64,000 bases of DNA, from the IMG/VR virus record IMGVR_UViG_3300037067_012889, positions 64,001-128,000 of that record; one strand, 5' to 3'. The notes beneath the pieces were generated by a model. It saw only the letters and a program-made list of their open reading frames with translations. It made no database searches and had not been told where the DNA came from. Position 1 is the first letter of the stretch, and every line of letters starts with the position of its first letter. Origin of the DNA: a virus (Duplodnaviria; Caudoviricetes). A program made the position numbers and the translations under genes. Positions 60,481-64,000 of the stretch are shown piece after piece.

Positions 60481-60567
60481 ATCGTTCTCCTAGTCTATAT
60501 ACGACAGTGGCGTACGAAGTAGTTTCGTACGCCACTTACTAGGTGACTTCGAGATAAGATTCCCGAA

Positions 60568-61164
60568 TTATCTGCGTCTATTTTTCTGCTTCGCCTGATC
60601 CGGTTTGGCTTGGTCTGGCTTCGCCTGATCCGGTTTGGCTTGGTCTGGCTTCACCTGATCCGGTTTGGCTTGGTCTGGCTTCACCTGATCCGGTTTGGCT
60701 TGGTCTGGCTTCGCTTGGTCTGGCTTCGCTTGGTCTGGCTTCGCTTGGTCCGGTTTGGCCTGATCCGGTTTGGCCTGATCCGGTTTGGCCTGATCCGGTT
60801 TGGCCTGATCCGGCTTCGCTTGGTCTGGCTTCGCTTGGTCTGGCTTCGCTCGCCGAATACCAACAACATTAACATCGGTGCTTTGCCAAATTGACGCTTG
60901 AGCTTTTCCGGCTGGAGCACAGGCGGCTGGCATAGTTGACTTCGGAGAGCATGACCTTGCAGTCTGGCGTGCAGAACGTCGAGACTCGCGAGATTTCGCG
61001 ATAGCTGACGCAAGACCGCGAACGGGTCGGCATGCGACCAATTTTCGAACCGGCTTGCGAGTATGTGCGGCGGCAGTTTTGGTTGCAGGTGCAGCCGCTG
61101 CACATGTAGATGGCATACAAGGACCACCACACAACATCACAGACAACAAAATAGAACTCATCAT
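60568..61164 (-). CDS. putative exported basic protein with 17 [AV]KPDQ repeats
   Basis: N-terminal hydrophobic stretch plus Cys; GGAGG RBS; hairpin 60506-60536 after stop. Confidence 0.65.
   Translation of the reverse strand: MMSSILLSVMLCGGPCMPSTCAAAAPATKTAAAHTRKPVRKLVACRPVRGLASAIAKSRESRRSARQTARSCSPKSTMPAACAPAGKAQASIWQSTDVNVVGIRRAKPDQAKPDQAKPDQAKPDQAKPDQAKPDQAKPDQAKPDQAKPDQAKPDQAKPDQVKPDQAKPDQVKPDQAKPDQAKPDQAKPDQAKQKNRRR
60595..60849 (-). repeat. 15-nt tandem repeat x17 encoding [AV]KPDQ
   Basis: GCGAAGCCAGACCAA and GCCAAACCGGATCAG variants. Confidence 0.92.
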
Positions 61165-61310
61165 GACAAGATTCCTCCAAGGTTATTGCAATATTGGGCC
61201 ACTTAGACCAATAAAATTAAAATACACAGACATCCACTGTGCAATTATACCATAGTTTTGTTTAAAACCGCAGCGCGTCTAGAAATCTCCTTCTGGTATT
61301 ATAAATCCTT

Positions 61311-61787
61311 ATGGATATAATCACCTCCGATACTTTTGGTAACCCTGTAAAATTAATCCCGCAGAAAATTCACAGCGTTTTACATCAACCATGTGAGGGG
61401 TCTGCACATGTTTATGCACATTACCCTAAGATGGTTGTTATTAGTCGTCTGAAAGAGAAGAATATTTGGTCTATAATAGTTGAAGAATTGTGGGATGATA
61501 ACCCAGATAAGATGAAACTTACATCGGTTTACTGCGTTCATTTCAAAGACGAAGAAATAGATGCCGCGATAGAATTGTTCTTGTCCCTGATAAAATCGCC
61601 GCGTAAGGATTTTGTACAGTACATGCACAAGAAACTAGGAAGATGGATAATAATCCCTAGGCTCGAAATCACAAATATATCAGATGTGCAAAGTTATTTG
61701 TATGAGAAACTTCGAGAAGACATTAGGAATAATTCTGGCAGAAGACGACTTCGATCTACTACCAGAAAAGCAAAAGCGTGCGGTTAA
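61311..61787 (+). CDS. hypothetical protein
   Basis: 158-aa ORF. Confidence 0.55.
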   Translation: MDIITSDTFGNPVKLIPQKIHSVLHQPCEGSAHVYAHYPKMVVISRLKEKNIWSIIVEELWDDNPDKMKLTSVYCVHFKDEEIDAAIELFLSLIKSPRKDFVQYMHKKLGRWIIIPRLEITNISDVQSYLYEKLREDIRNNSGRRRLRSTTRKAKACG

Positions 61788-61875
61788 AACGGCCAAAAAA
61801 CTTGGCACAGATAAGCTGGATGATAGAGAGCAGGATGAAATAGAACACGAATATTATGCTGGCGATTCTGACTAA
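61702..61875 (+). CDS. small acidic hypothetical protein (MRNFEKTLG...)
   Basis: 3' part of ORF 61684..61875. Confidence 0.45.
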   Translation: MRNFEKTLGIILAEDDFDLLPEKQKRAVKTAKKLGTDKLDDREQDEIEHEYYAGDSD

Positions 61876-61910
61876 TCTCCTATCAAAGCTACTATAACAG
61901 GAGATCCAAT

Positions 61911-62138
61911 ATGAAGACGCCAGTATACATTCTTGGAAATAATTCCAATCAACCAACTAGTGTCAACTACCAAGCAGGCACTGCAGCTGCTGTTGGTGAC
62001 GTGGCGCAGACAGCTCATGGTTTATTGACCATCTTGCCCGGCAAAAAGGTCACGATCGAGCAAAATCGCGTCAACTTCGGTCAACTCCATACTCTAGCTG
62101 CCTCGAATTTGCTCACAATGACGGATACCTATATCTAA
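61911..62138 (+). CDS. hypothetical protein
   Basis: AGGAG RBS; TATAAC just upstream. Confidence 0.65.
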   Translation: MKTPVYILGNNSNQPTSVNYQAGTAAAVGDVAQTAHGLLTILPGKKVTIEQNRVNFGQLHTLAASNLLTMTDTYI

Positions 62139-62150
62139 TAGAGGTGGATT

Positions 62151-62468
62151 ATGAGTCTTGAGACGATTAGTATCATAAGGCAGTGCCCTATTATAAACGG
62201 TTTCTGCCAACTACTCAATAATAATCCATCTGGAAAGACATCCGTACCAGTAGCTGCATTTATAGCTCTAACTGGCGGAGTCGTCAATCGATTATCTCAG
62301 GACAGTGGTATGGGTAGAGGTGGCAGACGATTTGGTCCACAAGAGTGGGTCGAATTTACAGAGCCACATGCATGCTGCCAGGAAGATGCTGCATTAGAAG
62401 CTGGCAAGACAGCATATGGCACGAATACGAGAACAGATATCGACGTCGCATGGAATGCTCAGAGATAA
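62151..62468 (+). CDS. hypothetical protein
   Basis: GAGGT RBS. Confidence 0.65.
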   Translation: MSLETISIIRQCPIINGFCQLLNNNPSGKTSVPVAAFIALTGGVVNRLSQDSGMGRGGRRFGPQEWVEFTEPHACCQEDAALEAGKTAYGTNTRTDIDVAWNAQR

Positions 62469-63017
62469 TTATTTCACTTGCGTTGCTTCTGCTGCTATAT
62501 CATATTGCTGTCTGATATAGTTCGACGCCATAATCAATAGCGTATTGAGATTTAGGATGATCTTGGAATTGGCGTCTGAGTCCTTAGAAGGACATTCAAG
62601 ATGCACCAAAAGTTCATCGTTTATCTTCCGACTACCTGCTAACTCAACGGCACCGACATCATTTCCAAGCATACGACCAGTAACATATGCGACAACACCG
62701 TGCCCACACGGATCTGCCCAATCGTTTGATAGTCCAGCATTCTCCATGAACTCTAAAAGATTTATGCATTCTGGGGATCTAGCCAAACTCGACGCCATGC
62801 CGTAATTGGGTAGGCGAACCACTATATCTCGCGGGACAGGCATATCGTCATCTTCGAATTTGACTAACCATGTCTCGTATGGTTGTTTAGCTGTATGGCA
62901 CCTACGAACCAACTTGACCAGTGTGGCTCTGCCTTCAAGAACAATAGGAAAATCTCCTGCTTCTAAAGCTGGTCGATAAATGTTTTCCTGTTGTCCGGCC
63001 TTCAAGATTGTTTTCAT
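62469..63017 (-). CDS. hypothetical protein
   Basis: 182-aa ORF; ATGA coupling. Confidence 0.65.
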   Translation of the reverse strand: MKTILKAGQQENIYRPALEAGDFPIVLEGRATLVKLVRRCHTAKQPYETWLVKFEDDDMPVPRDIVVRLPNYGMASSLARSPECINLLEFMENAGLSNDWADPCGHGVVAYVTGRMLGNDVGAVELAGSRKINDELLVHLECPSKDSDANSKIILNLNTLLIMASNYIRQQYDIAAEATQVK

Positions 63018-63289
63018 GATGTCTCTTTCACAAGTTGCGACAAATCTGGTAGTGCTGGTTGAATTATCTTCTGGAAATAGCCTTCTCCGCCTTCCGATTT
63101 GTATAAAAAGCCGCCATTCGTAGTAAAACTCATGCTACCTTTTTCTACACTACCAAGCCAAAGAGCTTTTACCAATTCTAATTTTGGCTCTTTATCAAGC
63201 TTCCGGCCATATATCCATCCATAGAACCAATATAAACCCTCTTCGATCGGCCATTCTGTCGTCCATTCTCCAACTTCTATTCCAGTCAT
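63014..63289 (-). CDS. hypothetical protein (W..E.P...G.YW motif)
   Basis: promoter 63317-63345; GGAG RBS; start MTGIEVG. Confidence 0.6.
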   Translation of the reverse strand: MTGIEVGEWTTEWPIEEGLYWFYGWIYGRKLDKEPKLELVKALWLGSVEKGSMSFTTNGGFLYKSEGGEGYFQKIIQPALPDLSQLVKETS

Positions 63290-63341
63290 ATTATCTCCAT
63301 ATGTTGTTCTTATTGTATTATAGCACCACAAACACACACGA

Positions 63342-63788
63342 TTAACTACACTTGCGTTCTGAAACTTGTTCTATGATCTTGAACGCTTCGTAATATGATG
63401 AGAAAAAATAGTCAGCATTCACTGGTGCCGTATGCCATTCTCCATCACGACACAAGTAATTGCACCAGCCATCATGGATATACCAACCACGCGCATTGGG
63501 TGCTGGTTCTTTAACAATGTGCATCTGATTTTCAAATCCAGCACCAAAAGACTGGTTGGACGTATTATTAACCTTTGTTTGGCCGGACAAGAATACTACA
63601 GTATATTCAAAGATTTCTTTCCAATCAGCCAGCGAGCACCAAATATGTGAGTTAGTAGTTCTATATTCTACCTCCCCATTAGATATACCTATTATTACTG
63701 CATCGTCATAACGCCCGTTCCATAATTTTATCTTTATTACATCACCAACACGCGGGTCAATACCCGGATTTCTAAATGCGTGGTCCAT
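63342..63788 (-). CDS. hypothetical protein
   Basis: AAGGA RBS. Confidence 0.6.
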   Translation of the reverse strand: MDHAFRNPGIDPRVGDVIKIKLWNGRYDDAVIIGISNGEVEYRTTNSHIWCSLADWKEIFEYTVVFLSGQTKVNNTSNQSFGAGFENQMHIVKEPAPNARGWYIHDGWCNYLCRDGEWHTAPVNADYFFSSYYEAFKIIEQVSERKCS

Positions 63789-63861
63789 AATGGTTCCTTA
63801 ATAGGTATGACGATTAAATACTTCTGTTCGTCGTGCTATAATTAGTTATAAGGAAATCACA

Positions 63862-64000
63862 ATGAAACTCACAAAACGCTACATTTTTCCACCCCGACCA
63901 TTACACGACCCGGTCCCCTTCGACAAAATCGGGATGTATGCCAAATATGGTTGGCACACAATGTTGAAGTTCAACGACAAGCGCACGGAATTTTCCGTTA
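63862..64000 (+). CDS. 5' end of a gene cut by the window edge; possibly ligase/capping-type nucleotidyltransferase
   Basis: promoter 63814, AAGGA RBS; MKLTKRYIFPPRP...W...KFNDKR resembles motif I KxxGxR. Confidence 0.35.
   Translation, partial: MKLTKRYIFPPRPLHDPVPFDKIGMYAKYGWHTMLKFNDKRTEFSV

Larger units (their letters stand above)
2038..63842. promoter_or_regulatory. recurrent sigma70-like promoter TTAA-N15-GTGCTATAAC. Plus strand starts: 4028, 5860, 7207, 8995, 10961, 18646, 19634, 19979, 21798, 23159, 25837, 27590, 38529, 49722, 63814. Minus strand left coordinates: 2038, 2485, 3256, 3629, 3973, 12816, 14132, 16454, 17012, 18551, 30095, 36507, 63317
   Basis: 28 copies with invariant spacing (-35 hexamer, 17-nt spacer, TG extended -10, TATAAC-like hexamer); oriented toward a downstream gene. 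Confidence 0.85.

Noticed and set aside
60595-60849. CRISPR-like array
   Set aside because: Contiguous 15-nt coding tandem repeat with no spacers
61684-61875. Programmed frameshift joining 61311..61787 to the next ORF
   Set aside because: No clear slippery site; a plain overlap with ATG 61702 explains it
1-64000. Stop-codon reassignment (alternative genetic code)
   Set aside because: Known genes (ligA, helicase, coaB, MTase) are intact in the standard code, and TAA, TAG and TGA all terminate genes
1-64000. Integrase, transposase, reverse transcriptase/DGR or self-splicing intron
   Set aside because: No catalytic motifs or template/variable repeat pairs seen by eye; a profile search was not possible

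Overview
This window reads as part of a large (jumbo-type) dsDNA phage genome: dense, mostly small unknown ORFs in long same-strand runs, with no rRNA, CRISPR array, integrase, capsid or terminase gene visible. A Planctomycetota host is a guess from the AAA/DUF1257/DUF2997 cluster. All family calls are by eye from motifs; no database search was run. Recognisable genes include NAD-dependent DNA ligase, an SF2 helicase, a GHKL ATPase, a DUF932-like protein, two HNH nucleases, two Pol-beta-type nucleotidyltransferases, three methyltransferases, CoaB, a CoaC::M23 fusion, tRNA-Leu(TAA) and a 2185-aa collagen/beta-helix fibre. The most unusual signals are five. (1) A Ycf46-like AAA+ ATPase has its Walker B block BEFORE its Walker A block; it heads a DUF3150/DUF1257/DUF2997 module with a duplicated DUF1257-DUF2997 pair, and four proteins in the region share a C-terminal R-x-[IL]-x-L(D) tail. 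(2) A 15-bp palindrome TTTCCA-N3-TGGAAA (13 copies) sits right after stop codons, punctuates small-gene arrays like cassettes, and replaces the -35 box in three promoters. (3) About 30 copies of a promoter TTAA-N15-GTGCTATAAC occur, five followed by a conserved AGG-loop leader hairpin. (4) There are two candidate novel structured RNAs: a ~260-nt RNA, and a tRNA-like RNA with a D-loop insertion and a collapsed anticodon arm. (5) A compositional and regulatory boundary lies near 29.6-30.7 kb.
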